DNA of 64,000 nt, taken from assembly GCA_047495785.1 (NCBI GenBank), contig JBLDXI010000003.1, positions 4,402,001-4,466,000 of the forward strand, in the 5' to 3' direction. Origin of the DNA: Lepidodermella squamata (taxonomy: Eukaryota > Animalia > Gastrotricha). Positions 1 to 13,469 of this stretch are shown in pieces. The notes under the pieces are model-generated. The model was not told where the DNA came from, did no database searches, and was given only the letters and a program-made list of their open reading frames with translations. Made by a program: the position numbers and the translations under genes. Every line of letters starts with the position of its first letter. The first letter of the stretch is position 1.

Positions 1-1749
1 ATGTTAGGTCGGCAAGCAGGTTCCGTAGCCCAACACCTCAAGAGTAAATTATCAAAAAATTCTTTCGGACACAATAAATTTGGATCATCTTTGCAACGCC
101 TAGCAACGTAACTCGGCTGGCTTTGAATGGCATGTAAATCTTCCAATGATATTCGCCCGCCAGAATCGATGAACCGCCACATTTCAAAATTGTTCTTTTC
201 TGCAATAAAAATTGACTATAAAAAGATGCTCGAAATGAAATTAGATTGCGTTACTTTCATAAGGAATAGCTCCCAAACTCAGAACCTCGAAGCCCAGAAT
301 TCCGTAAGACCAGACGTCGCTTTTATTCGAGAATCTTTTGTGAATCAAAGCTTCCGGTGCGGTCCAGCGAACTGGAACACGCTTATCGGAATGCGACTCG
401 TAGGTGTTATTATGGTCTAGAACGGCTGACAATCCAAAATCGGCTATTTTCACCTCCAAACGGGAGCTGGGCGTCTCCTGGTGAACTAGGCAATTAGCAG
501 CCCGCAAATCACGATGGAGGACCTTTTCAGCTTCAAGGTAAGCCATTCCCATGCAAACTTGCTTCAAAATGTCGACGAAATGACGGAATGAAAAATAAAA
601 GCTGACTCCATTCGTCGCTAGTAAGGAATCAAGCAGAGACCCGAGATTCATAAACTCGGTAACGATAAGGAACGGCTCTCGATCGATGCAAACCCCGACT
701 AGTTTTACTAGATTTTCGTGCAACACTGATGACATCGTTGTGGCTTCGTCTAAAATCGCAGCTTGACACACGCCCTCGCCAGGCTTCAGTCGTTTCACTG
801 CAACATCAAGAGAGTTCCATTTCGCTTTGAAAACATCACCGAAATTTCCGCCCCCAATTTGACCAAGTAATTCAACTTCAGAGGCTGATATTGAGATATC
901 ATTTAGTTCAACTCGCCGACACTGCCTAGGATAAGCCATCGTGAGGCGAAGTTGCCCCGACTGTAACCCAAGGTCGTTTTCTACAATAAAAACGCTGGTT
1001 CTTGGGAGGAAAGCAATGTCGACCGAATGGTTTTACCACAATAAAACATTAGTAATGTATCCAAGTCTGGAAATATTTCATCCGAAACTGCACAGAGTCG
1101 GCCATCGGCCAGTACACGGATCTAAAATCCTTTCAACTTGACCTCTTGGAATACATTTTGCTAAAACAAGCGCTACCTTGATATGAGCCACCTTTCGCTC
1201 GCTTGTCCGTACTGACATCGCCAAGGTTTCTGAATCGCATCTGCACGGCCTCAAAATGAAGGTACCAAGTTGCACATCGGGTCTGAGCAACATTAATTCC
1301 GCATTTCGGCGATTAACGCTAAAAAATGCTCGATTTCCCGACAGTTCGTCGCTTTTCAGTCTGTCGAATTCAAGGTAACGATCAATCCGACTTGCAAAAT
1401 CTTCAGTTCTCCCCAAGGTCATGTAAAGAGAATCCTGATCATCGTTCACCGGTTGGAAAAAAGTTTCAAAATCATCACATGATGGGCTTGATAGGTAGCC
1501 ATTTTCGTCGAAGGCCGAAAATCTTTCCTCATTCTCCAGGACACTTCCGAGTTGGCTATCGGGATTGCGACGCCTCGTCGGTCGGCTGACTTTTGGCGGC
1601 GTCACATAGGGGTACTGGCCCCCACTGTAGTCGTACATATCGTTTGGCCGGGCGAGTTTTTGAGCACGCTTCTCCTTCAGCGGATTCAACGCGCGAACGA
1701 GAGCTCCAACGAAAGAACTCCGTTTTTTCTTCTTAATAACAGCGGACAT
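1..1749 (-). CDS. Non-receptor tyrosine kinase, SH2 + Src-like kinase domain, no SH3 (3' end runs off window)
   Basis: ORF 1078-1749 has SH2 (FFSVNRRNAELMLL..GTFILRPC); ORF 241-939 has kinase motifs GGGNFG, VAVK, HRDLRAAN, DFG, PVRWTAPE, SDVWSYG. GT-AG introns 1176-1122, 1036-981 and 254-200 join them in frame (HIK|IRVLADG..FYC|ENDLG..MAYP; PYE|KKNNFEMW..CWATEPACRPN). Confidence 0.92.
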
Positions 1750-2554
1750 ATCATAAATAAGCTTCTAAAGCAATACACGCCGTTAAGGCGGCTCGGCTTC
1801 TTATCAGTATCAGAATTCCAAATCGCAGCATTTCTCGCGTAGGCGTGCGTTACTTAGTCATCTATAAACAAGTAAAACTCTTTGAAAATGAGAATATAAC
1901 AGCTTTTACTATTTGAATCCGCTTTTTTCGTCCAACAAATAACAACTTTTCCGTGTAACAAATGATAGAAATTCAATATTCGTTCAAATCATCTCTTTGT
2001 AATATAATATATATATTTATATTTATATTTAATTCATTGTATAAATTTTGAAAATGCACAAGGCAGTCTCTTCTTTCTCTCTCTCTCTGTTTTTTGCATT
2101 TTGTTAATGAAAAATGGCGAGTACTGTGGAAGCTTGAGTGAGAGCTGGGAATGCAAGTTCAGCTCAGTGAAATCAAAAGAAGCGCAGATGAAAACCCGCG
2201 AAAGAGTAGATAAGAAAAGTAGGTCAATCACAGCTGCCGACTGCTCCTTGGTCAAAGCGAAAAAACCGCATTGCATGCAAGGAGGGTCGACCAACAACAT
2301 GTGACTGCTACCTAAAACAGCGCTTTAGAAATAAAACAGCATAGATGAAGGGTTGAAGGAATACGACTTCTGAACGATACGACAATCGAGTTAAAGTTTG
2401 CACCGAGAAAGGGTCGATAATTTCTGATCATTGAACTGAAATTCAAGAAACAAGCTCAATCGTATACAGAGTACTAGCATTAGCATTTTCGATTTGATAG
2501 AAGTTATTGCAGCTCTTTCTTGCCTAAAAACTGGAATCTACGTGAGGGTTGGAG

Positions 2555-5500
2555 CTAGCAGCTGGTCGATTCAGTGGTTATGACGGTTTTCGAACGGCGG
2601 CCGAAGCGTGGCGTGATCACGGTCGGGGCGGAACCGCGCATCGGGGCCCGGGGCAGGATCCGGGAATTCGGCGAGACAGGCGATGATGAGATGACGGCGA
2701 CGGGAATCGACGAAGACGACGAGCCGCGTGCCACTGGAATGACTACTGAGCCTGCGCTTTCCTCCGCCTTGGATTCAGACTAAGATGAACAAAAAGGAGA
2801 ATTTTAGTACATTTAATTCGCAATATTGGAGAAATAAGGCAAAAGCGATGCAGGTAGAGGGAAGAGGAACCAAATTTAACAAGACGAGTTCAACATATAT
2901 ACCTGAATGCGCCTAGAAACTTCAAACGTGAGAAGAGCGATACTTTGAGCTGGGCTCGACTCGAAGGCGGCGGTATCAGCCCAGATGACGCGAAATTCTG
3001 TGTTAGTATGGGGTTGAAATCACGCATTTGTTAAGATTTTAAGCAGATGAGAGAAAATCCAGAAATTACTCAAAGCTCAAAGCAAACATAAGCTTGGAGA
3101 TATAGACCAAATGAATTAAAGACGTACCTTTGCCTTGGAGAAGCCCATTTTTGCTTGCAACAGCAGCGCTGCCTCTTTGCACTCCGAATTAATTGCTACT
3201 GTCAAAGCAGTGCTACCTTCCTATAAATTGGAAAAAAAATTCTTTAAGCAATTTTGTTTCCTTTTTATCAACTCACGATATCAACAAGGTTAGGGTCGAT
3301 GCGAGGATCCGCGAGCAACCGGCGCACAACGTCGACGTAACCATGTTCAGCCGCAGTCATTAAGGCAGTCGAGCCGTCCGCATCCTGGGCGTTCGGGTCG
3401 GCGCCACATGCCAGCAACAGGTCAACAACGGCGAGCCGACCGTGCGCCGACGAAAGCATGAGGGCAGTTTGCAGAGCGTGCGCCGATCGTGCGTCGACGT
3501 TTCCGGCGCGGAACAGCCGGGTCAACGCATCGCGCTGGTCCGGTGTCTGCGGCTCGGCGAGGCTGGCGAGCATTAAGGCGGAATAACCAGCGCGATTCAG
3601 CGCATCGACATTCCGTTCGACCGCCGGAACGTCGAGCAGCAAAGAAACGACCTGGAAATTGGCCTGCGAAACCGCGTAGTGCAGAGCTGTATTACCGTTG
3701 CCATCGCACAAGGTCGCGATTTTGTCGAGGAGAAGCGGCGACAATTTGCTGAAGGCGTTCATGTAATCTTCGACCTGCTGAGCGTCCGCCACCTTCTGAC
3801 TCGAGGCTGCAAACCAGGCGCCGGCAATTGTTGCTAGTATTGACTGGACCTCGTGGTCAGACATACGACTGGTGCCATCGAGGTGGCTAGCGTAGGCCTC
3901 GCACGCCCTTAGCACCGTTTCAGGTAGGGCGTAGACCTCGCCGGTACCCCGATTGCGACGCCGAGATGACGTCACAACTCGAGGGTATCCGTTGCCATCA
4001 ACGCGGTACGTCCCTTCATCGATCGACTCGTCCGAATCGCTGAGACCACGCCGCCTCCGATCGTTATCAGACGATGATTCCTCTTCGGTATCTTCGTCAG
4101 TTATAGCCGGACTGACAAGGGTCTCTTGCACACGATCGTTGAAAGAAATGCGCCGGCTCGAGCATGACGAACTGTGTTTTCCTGAGATCTCTTCCGAACT
4201 GCTCCAGCCGGTCGTCATCGTGTCGTGAAATGACAACTCAGGCCCAACCAGTTCAGAGAATGACTTCTTCAAGCACGACTTGAGAGGCCTATTCGGTGAG
4301 GATGGTAACGTGGTTGAAGAAGAGCGATAGCGAACAGCTGATTCGAGGAAGCCAATATCGCGTCCGGCCGGTTTGATGCCGATCACCTCGGCTGTAAGTT
4401 GCGGCCGGACCGGGCGAGATTCGGGGCGGGCTCGGTTCGAGCGTGGAATGTCTTCTTCCGAACCAGCCGGTGGTACGGACATGCGGCGGGGTACCTGTTC
4501 GGCCTCGAGCGGCTCCGACGGCGGGGCGACAACGGCGGCGGAAATTTGTTCAAATTGACGAATGCGAGACTCGATATCCACTTTCACTGTGTCTTGTTTC
4601 TTCGGGCGAGGAATAGCCGGTGCGAGTTGAGGCAACGGCCGTATTGGAACCGGCTGCGGGGCTGGTTCCGGTACCGGCGAAGTCGAAGATGAGGTCAGAG
4701 TTACAGGAATCGGCACTATTTGAGCCTGGATTTCCACAGACCGGCTCGGAGGTCTGGACTCAAATCTATAAGAAAAAAACAAATTTTATGATTGTTGGAG
4801 CATAAATGGACTGTAAATGAGATAAAACAAACACGCAGATATTATAGAAAATAAATACATACCGGAGGTCAGTAGTTGAAGTCGAGAGAGTGCGCTGTTC
4901 ATTCGGCTTCTTGCATGACGAGGCGAAATTTGAATCACTTGGCGATCGCGACCACAGCTGACGAAATTCAGTCCCATCATCCCGGCCCTCAGTACTAGTG
5001 CCAACGGTGTAAGTAATAGCTGGCTGAGTTGTGGTTTGTTTATGAGCCCGTTCGATTGATTCAGTGGCTGTTGATGTTGATATCGCAACAGCTCGATCAG
5101 TCCACGAGCCAGTTTCAGAGGTCTTTGGCCTCACCTGAGTCGCGTGGTTTTTAAACATGCCAGATGAACTTCGCCCGTCGGGTCCGCTTTGCTGGGTCTG
5201 ACACCCTGTATTCTCCACTTGCGGGGGTTTCGGTAGCTTGGGCGCATTAGCTGTGGCGAAAATGCCTAAATCAAGAGTGTCCACCTGACATTCGGCTGTT
5301 TTCACGTCCTTGGTCAGCGCCTCTTGGAGCCACTGTAAAACCTCTTCCTTATTAACAATTTGATGCTGGTAGATGGCGCGTAATATTGTCTCGAAACTGT
5401 TAGCAAAGTTAACACTGCACGTTTCTTTTTCGATATAATCCGGGTCGAGAGCCGCTTCTGTCGACATCTCGTACGTGATTGGTCGAACATCCGGCCACGG

Positions 5501-6795
5501 ATTGGCCGTGGTCCGGCTCGAGACTTCAGGCTGAGCCTGCACCGCAACCGAACAGTTGCTGCGAGGCCCTTCGTCGCCAACGCAGTGTTCAGCCGTGCCC
5601 CATTTCCGGTCGAATTGCGTTGAGACTGTGCACATTTTCGGCGGTTTGGGCAGAAGATCGGCCTGAAGACCGAATTCGCGGTAGCCACGGAAGAACGACG
5701 GTCCGGCCATGACCGAGGCGACGGCATGCGTTTTCAACCACGGCGCGTCCGAGTCATAGTTAGCACCAATAGAACGCAGCACGGGGTCGACGTAAGGCAG
5801 CCGGTCGACGCGATTGTTGCCGAAGCAGAAGTCCCGCTGGCGGGGAGCACCTTCCCCGCACCCAGTTGAGCGGAGCTCAGGCGGGTCGCGGTACAACAAG
5901 CCATTGACGTCGTTGTTACCGAAACCTGAGTTAACAACGGGCACCACGGCATAAGCACAGGCATCTCGCCGGTCGACCCACACGCAAGTTGTGGCATCTC
6001 GTTTCGGCACGACAATTTCAATTTCAGCCTATAAAATTGACAAAATATTAATATGATTGCAATAATTTTCCAGGAAGTTGTTACCTGACAGCCAGCATTG
6101 CGAAGGTATACTTCGTTGGTTTCTATGCCAACCGAGCACGTGTCAACAGGTGGTGGGGCAGGAGGTTTCATTTCGTAGGTAGCGTGTTCCGTGTGATGAA
6201 TGTTAACGACGTTTTCCTCTTCCTGCCGACTTTCATGCACCGTTCTGTACTTCTGCACAACCGGCAGCGACACGTCCGAGCTCCACTGATAATAATCGCC
6301 GATGTTTTGGTGGTCTTCTAGCGTCTCGGTAACAACGCGTTCGACGTGCATGTAAGCAATTTCGCCGTCGATTTCGAGCTCCGCCTCTTCTTCTTCACCC
6401 TCCTCGGCTGGGGCAGAGGCGTCGCCGCAACTGCCGAGCGGCGGGTCCCACGGCATGACAAGCCGGCTTTTAACTGTTCTCTGGTAAATCTGACCGTCCG
6501 GGGTGCGGTAGCTTTCGCAGAATCGCACGAAATCGCGGTCGATGTGATAGCCATAAGGGCAGCAGTTGCAGGTCTGCACCTGTTGCCCGTCGCCATTATG
6601 CAGCGAAGAGGATGATGACGAGTTCTGGAGGTTGCTTTTCATCAGCAACGAAGACGATCCAGACTTGCAGTTTTGGGTCGGCGCAGCTATTCGCACCTGG
6701 ACTGGCTGGAAGGTGGTGGTGACAGTAACGGGCTGCTGCTGCTGGGTCGCGCGCCCGCTCGGCGGCAGCGAGGCGTTGTTGCCTTCAACGACCAT
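2555..6795 (-). CDS. KANK: KN motif and ankyrin repeat domain protein (KANK/VAB-19 family)
   Basis: N-terminal KN motif PYGYHIDRDFVRFCE; C-terminal ankyrin repeats (DGNGNTALHYAVS, NRAGYSALMLA, QTALMLSSAHG, DADGSTALMTAAEHG, EGSTALTVA); joined from ORFs 5734-6795, 4766-6010 and 3268-4782 plus small 3' exons; last exon SESKAEE..ESTSC* ends at 2555. 5' UTR exons probably extend further upstream (towards ~9900). Confidence 0.92.
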
Positions 6796-8296
6796 GCAGC
6801 CGTGGTAAGAGCGCGCTTTTCAAAGTGTACACGCCCTACAAATCAAGTAGAAAAGAAGTTTAATTAAAAATTTGTAAAGCTTCCACTCAATGGGCCTCTT
6901 GTTATATTTATGCTATGAGAGTATCAAGGCTGCGGCGGCGGCGGGCGTATACCTACTACAAAGCGCGCGACGTTGACTCGGAATATTTCCGAGATAAGAC
7001 ACGCGACGCCATGTCGCAAGGTGCACACAAAGGCCAATTCAGCTCAGATTTATTACACACCCACCCAATGGTATATTAATAGCAACGCAATGTGAGGGGG
7101 CGCGGTGAGAACTGCCAGTTGAGAAGCTAGTCCGGGAAATTAACAGTAAATCTTGACAAAATTATAACATCACAATCAAACACTCACGGTGAGTGTTTCA
7201 ATTAAACATATAATTCAAGATAATAGGTAATTTAGTTACTTCCTAGAAGAGGCGCGAAGAGGCAAAAGATAATGAAAGATAACGAGAGATAACTGCTCAT
7301 AAAAAATAGTTCAATCCAACAATGCAATAAGTCCAGCAAAATAGCATTCCTATCTGTTTTATTCCAACCATTGTTATAAGCATGTCTAAAGCTCTGCTTC
7401 AAGGTACGTGAATCACAAATGATTGTCACCTCACGCAAATAAAATATTCTAGGAAACTTGAAAAATAGGTAAAGTCCAAAGATATGACTAATGACCTTCG
7501 GAATCTACAAATAAGGTCAATAATCCTAAATTATGAGCTACCTCCTAGGCATTAGAAATTCGGTCGATCTCCGTACTGCAGCTTCAAGGAAATAGTTTCT
7601 ATCCTGGAATATCATGAGTCATCATATCTAAAATATTACGGAAAGTGTTTGCAAAGTTGTGAGCAGAATGCCGAGAAATGACTGTGACATGTGCAGAAGT
7701 TGAAAAGGGCAGAGGAAATGAGCGATTGCTCAATTGCTAAGCATCAGCTATTCATCAACAGATCATTAATCTTCTGGTAAATAAAAGCGCGATATAGCGC
7801 GATAAGGTTGTATTATCGCGTTAAGTGGTCGGAAATTAGCGCGTAAATTGGACGAAAATTCTACTTGGACAAACACCGGGTAGGTATACATTGGTAGAGG
7901 CAGGTATACGCGAGAGATGGCCAGGCGAAAGACGACATACGAAAGAGACGTCATCTCTTCCGGAACACGGTGTCTCTTGTTCGCGCGCGAGCGAGAGAAC
8001 CAGCCCGAAGCACGGCGCACAGTGTCAACATGCGCGATGTTACGCCGGCGACTCTTTTGCTGGTTGTTGGTTGTTAAACAAGTACGCGCATAATAACAAT
8101 ATTAATAACAATAATATTCTCGTCGCCGTTGCAGTCGTCGCTGTCGTCGTGCTCTGGCTGGCCTAGCACCAGAGAGCAGCAAGAGAGAGAGAGACAACCC
8201 AAAGCGAACATCGCAACGCGGCACAAACACGTCACAGGCCACGCCGATAGTCTGTTCATTTTTGCGCAGTTGCCAACAAATACACGGCACGTACGC

Positions 8297-8320
8297 CAGC
8301 CAGCCAGCCAGCCAGCCAGC
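8297..8320. repeat. (CCAG)n microsatellite in the CpG-rich KANK upstream region
   Basis: Six tandem CCAG units; nearby (GA)n, (CT)n and (CTG)n runs between 8180 and 9175. Confidence 0.85.
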
Positions 8321-11113
8321 CTGCCAGGCCGGCCTTGAGCGCGCGCGCGGGTCAGATGCTGCTGACACACAAACGCGGCGCGCATCTCGCGCTAATGTGC
8401 CGCTCTTACCTGCCCATCTCTCTCTCTCTCATTCGCTCGCGGCTCATCGCAAGAAATTCGGGGCGGAAACGTGCCAAAATAACACGGCCCGATACCAGCG
8501 AGGCATTAGCACGCTCTCACCTGCGATGCGTGGCCCCTAACACGCTACATGACGAAAAAACACACGCGTATTTGCAGAAACTCGGCTGAGGAAAGGCGGG
8601 GTCAGCGCTAAAAAATATTGAACAAACAATGGCGCGACGACTAATGACAAAACAATTTGCATGTAGTACAAGCAAAGACCGGATCATCGCCGCTATTAGC
8701 CTCCTCTTCATCACATCTAGACATGAGGACAAACAGGTAGCTGCTAACGCGCTACTTTATCGTGTGAGCGACAATGTGAAACATCAAACCCGTTTTTCGC
8801 ACGCAAAAAAACGCGATGACTAGGCCTGACACGAATATGCGGCTCGTGCGTATTTTGGGCTCCATCTCCTCCTCCTCCTTATAATTCTCCTAGCCACAAT
8901 AAATAATCTATATGACTCTCGATGCGTACATGCAGTTTAAAAAGAGCTAAACAATGCTATAACACTCGTGGCACGTCGCGTAGTTATTACTACAGCATAA
9001 AATAATGACAACAGTAGTAATAATCTTGGCGAATTTTGCTTGGTGGGGTAAGGGCTGAAGAGCGCGCGCGCTAAGATGCCGCCAAATACAAAGCGCAGTT
9101 TCGGCGACATAGCCGCGCTTCGTCATCTTTTTCTTCTTCGGACAGCCGCGGCGCTGCTGCTGCTGCTGCTGCGGCTGCGAATACTAACGTGAGCGAACTA
9201 ACACGAACGCGCAGGCGCCATTTGGAGTCATTTACGAGCCCACAACAACACACATAGTTTAGCAATCTACACGTCGTAGGTATTACGAGAACATAATGTA
9301 GTATAATATTCGTATATCTGAAGAAGAATTATACGTACTAGCGGGTTTTAATTGAATCCACCAACTTTTTTCTATTAGCCATTGTATCACACACGTACAC
9401 ACACCGCAAGTTGGCGCCTCTTGCAACAGTATTATTAATATTTGGCGCTGCTGCTGCCGACGACGACCAGCTCACCAAGACGCGATACATTAGGTGATAT
9501 TACACTGCGCGACTTGGCGTGTTGACAATTTAACGAGCGAGTAGAAGAAGAAGAAAAAGAGTCGTAAACTTTACGCCAGTGTATTTTCTTGTGTCGAACT
9601 CCACGTTTATAACTCCGGCTCGCGCTCTCTCAGTCGCAAATACGAGCTCACTTTATTACAAACAACAATAAACATTCATATATGCAAATACGAGATATGG
9701 ATATTATAATAAACAGCCTTCTATTGCTCGCGTGCCGCGCCACTTGTTGGATAAAAAGTGTTCACACTGGCCGCCATTGCACGAAACCGCTAGTGGTCAG
9801 TAAACTCGTGTATGGTGTAGATTTTAAATGAAAAACGATGCAGTCATTTAATCTCAATCACAAGATCATAATCTCGAGCAAAAAAAAACAAACGTACCGT
9901 TAATGCGACGCTCCATGGGTCGTGGCAAATATCCCATTTTTTTACATAAAAATTAAATTAAAATGCTGAACCTACATCAATAGAGCACATCAAATTTATG
10001 GCAGTGTCAAATATTGACCTGATCTATCATGTCAAAAAGTATGCATTAACTACGCTCAGTGACTTGCTTATTACTATTGACGGCATCATAAAAAATTGAT
10101 TGCAGAGTCTTTTCTACTACATGGGACATACTAATGTTTGTAAATAATAGTGATGTTCTGACTATTAGTTTAATCATATGACAAATAGACTAACAAAAAT
10201 TATAAATCCCGTGCGAACTTAAGGTTAGCGAAGGTACGATATCCAGCAAACCATATCAGCAAATGCTCATCACAAATTTCCTTGCCAAACTTGCCTGGAA
10301 AAATTATTTAAAAACAATTAGGTAAATAGGAAACACGCCGCAATATAGCCTGCCTAAACGTAATTATGCCTTGGGTTGATGGAGCGACACTAAGCGGCCC
10401 CGAAGTGAATTATAGACCAATGAACTAAGAATAGATCGATGCATGAAAACAAAGTTGATCCCGGACGCGGTTGCTCAGTTATTCGACCCTGAAGTTGAAC
10501 AATATAATACAATACGAACTTTCGAATCCCGCAATTTTTCGATACCAACTGCTGTTCGAATGTTCATTTCAGCCACAAGCTTCGTTTTGATCCTGTTTAG
10601 GAACATTTGCAGTAAAGATATAAATTACTTTAGCTTGATAACAGTCAGTCTATTCCCAAGAAATGGGCGAAACAGACCGTCAAGGACTTAACAGAAAGAG
10701 GGAATCGTGAAGACATAAAAGACTCAGTCGGCGATTTTGACACCAAGTTGCCTTTTCTGTCAAATAAATTATTTGCTTAGTAATTAGTAAAGAATTTTTA
10801 TGTCTCTTCAGACGACTGCGAAGATTGGATTAATGCCGAAAACATTTTCGGGTCTCTTTTTCGGTTTCATTTCAATGCTGGTAACACCAGAATTTCCAAA
10901 GCAATAATTTGCTGACCTATACTGGACGTCCGTAGATTTGGTTAGAAAATAATAACTAATACTTTTCAAAGCCAAATCTCTTCCAGTATTGGAATATAAT
11001 TTACTCAACTTCATAGTTATTTCTTTCCTAGCTCCTTGTGAGTGTTCAGCAACATAACATCTTGCTCTGCATCAGATAATACGGCTCAATCGATTAGAAA
11101 AGTTGCATATATA

Positions 11114-11258
11114 CCGTATTTGTTCGAGTTGTTTTAGTAGCCCGGGCTACTAAAATTTTTAGTTTTTATGTTTTCGAACCGACTTTACTCCTCAACCCTG
11201 GGCTCCTATTAGGGATGGGCGATTATTAGTGGATGGGCTACTATTGGATAAAATACGG
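11114..11258. mobile_element. MITE, Tc1/mariner-pogo (Tc2-like) type, ~145 bp
   Basis: Termini TA|CCGTATTT...AAATACGG|TA (TA target duplication); subterminal TAGTAGCCC in both arms; internal 24-bp palindrome TTTTAGTAGCCCGGGCTACTAAAA at 11132-11155. Confidence 0.75.
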
Positions 11259-13469
11259 TAAACACTATTATAACAATTTCTTATTGACGATTCATGTAAA
11301 TCAGTACGCGTCAGGTCGCGATCATTTTAGACTTTAAGAAAATCTATTTTGTGAACAGTCGCGGTAGTCGATTTAACTTAAAATCAAAATGGCGTTTTGG
11401 CCGATGAGAGGATTAGAACGAAATTGTAAGAATTCTTGTGCAAAGAATTGTTGCCTCACGTACCAAGGTATATAAGCACAAAATTTTCAATACGGTCCCA
11501 TTATAGCAACGAAAGAAGTGGCTGTAATACAAGAAACCCCCCGGGATCGCCACGAGCGCCAGGATGTTACTGCGCCTCGTGCCCTTAACCCTTATGGCAT
11601 CCTCATGTTCGGAAACCAACTTTCTGGTGAATTGCACAAGGAAAAAGGTTACTGCCAACGACCAAAGCAGTATCGTATCGCCGCCTCCATGATGCCGAAA
11701 TGTGCAATGTCGATTCGATTAATAACAGTTGATAGAATTTCACAGGCTGTTATTTAGCAATCCACTTGATTCCAAGACCCATTGAGCATATTTAATTCGC
11801 TGACCGGGACAGCGTTGCTGGCGATAAATTTAGCGGGATATTTTGAAGCGTTTCAAATAATAGAAGGCTAAGAAACTCATGTTTTATTACGAAGACACAT
11901 ATGGCAGATACTTCCTAACTGCTTGCCTTATGACACATAAAGTTGAGAACTAAGAATAGCTATTTATTTCAGTTTATTGTATTGATATAGAGGTGCTAGT
12001 GAGCTAGTGAACTTGTGTGCTACTTGCTAGTGGTAGTGCAAAATTCGGCATGAGTCCTCAACTATGTAACGATAGAACAATGTCATTAAACAAAGATTAA
12101 ACAAAGTTAAGTTTGTTAAACAGTTCGATGAGTCCACGCGTAACAATTACGCACACGCCGACGAATACGCTGTACGCCGCTGACGTCAATTGATTTGAAT
12201 TTGTATACGTCAATCAGATACGGTACACATGTTAGATAGTGGTCGCGATTTAGTCTGTCCAGAAAAAATAGAAGAAAAACCTTCAGCAAAAGCTCGCTGC
12301 TCTCACGAATGGCTGATTTTGGGAATAGCCCAATAGAATTCGATAATTAAAGCAATATGGGGGAAATTTCAAGTTTGCTGCCAGCAAGCTATGCAGATTC
12401 TACACTCCTCAATGAGTAATGTGTAACAACGACGTTGAAGCGGCCAAGATTTGCAATACAATTAGTTAGAGATTTGTGCTTTTTACGGTGGCAAGCTTTA
12501 CGTTTAGCTAGGCGTGCTTTTATGGTAGATGTGGGGTTTTCTAACAGTTAACCCGTGTTAAAGACATGTCTCAGTCCAGAGAGATTTCGAAAAAATTCGA
12601 AAAATCGTGATGGTCCTGATGCATATTTGCCCGCCAAATTTTATTTAAAGTTTTTCACGCACAAATTATTTTACATGTTAGAAAATTAATAAAATACAAT
12701 TTTTATTATTTTTTGATGTTGGTTATATTAGAAATGCAAAATTGTGCTGAAGAAGAGGGGGTGACTGTATAAGAATCGTCTGGGGGTTGATCGAGCGTCC
12801 CGTTCCGATGTCCTCGAACACCGCGTCACATAGAGCTGGGGTTCGTGGGATCTTGGTTGTCTATGTTTCACGTTTCGTCGCTATTTTTAGTCAGGTGTAT
12901 GGAGTTGATGGTGTTGATATTTCCAAGGCTCCTTAGCCCTTGGGTGTTAGGTGACATGTTTGCACAGTCTTTCGCGGTTTGCGGCCGATTATTGTATGGA
13001 AAAGCTGAAAGATGAGTGATGAACGAGTCGACCGAGCTCTGTATTTTCTTTCGAACTAACCATCATGAATATCCAATTGTCGGAATTTCAGTGATCGCCG
13101 GGGGATTGCTACGTGGATAGCCTATTGCTATTTAGTCACTCACGGTCGGGGAGTAATTCCCCTTCTATTTAGACTGAGACTGATATTGGATTTTGGAATA
13201 AACATACTACATACTCAGGTTAAATATGCGCTTAGCAGTATTCTTCTTGAAGAACTGCCATTGTTCCCAATTAAAAGTGAGCGAACACTATCCATATGCC
13301 ACTCTTTATCTAGGATATCTCCCGATACTATTTCCTTTTCTCAAATAGATATTTACATTAGAGTAGCGCCATGTATTACGCTTTGTAGTAGTCATAAATC
13401 GTCGCAGTTTGTTCTTTTAAAGGTATTGTCGTTTTAGATGTTTTAATAGATTCATGTCAATCGCCATAT

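Noticed and set aside
941-1176. Apparent frameshift or split between the SH2 and kinase ORFs
   Set aside because: Fully explained by two canonical 55-56 nt introns.
11413-11760. Hydrophobic minus-strand ORF ending at a GTACGT donor
   Set aside because: No start in frame and no recognisable family; could be a non-coding KANK exon, but this is unsupported.
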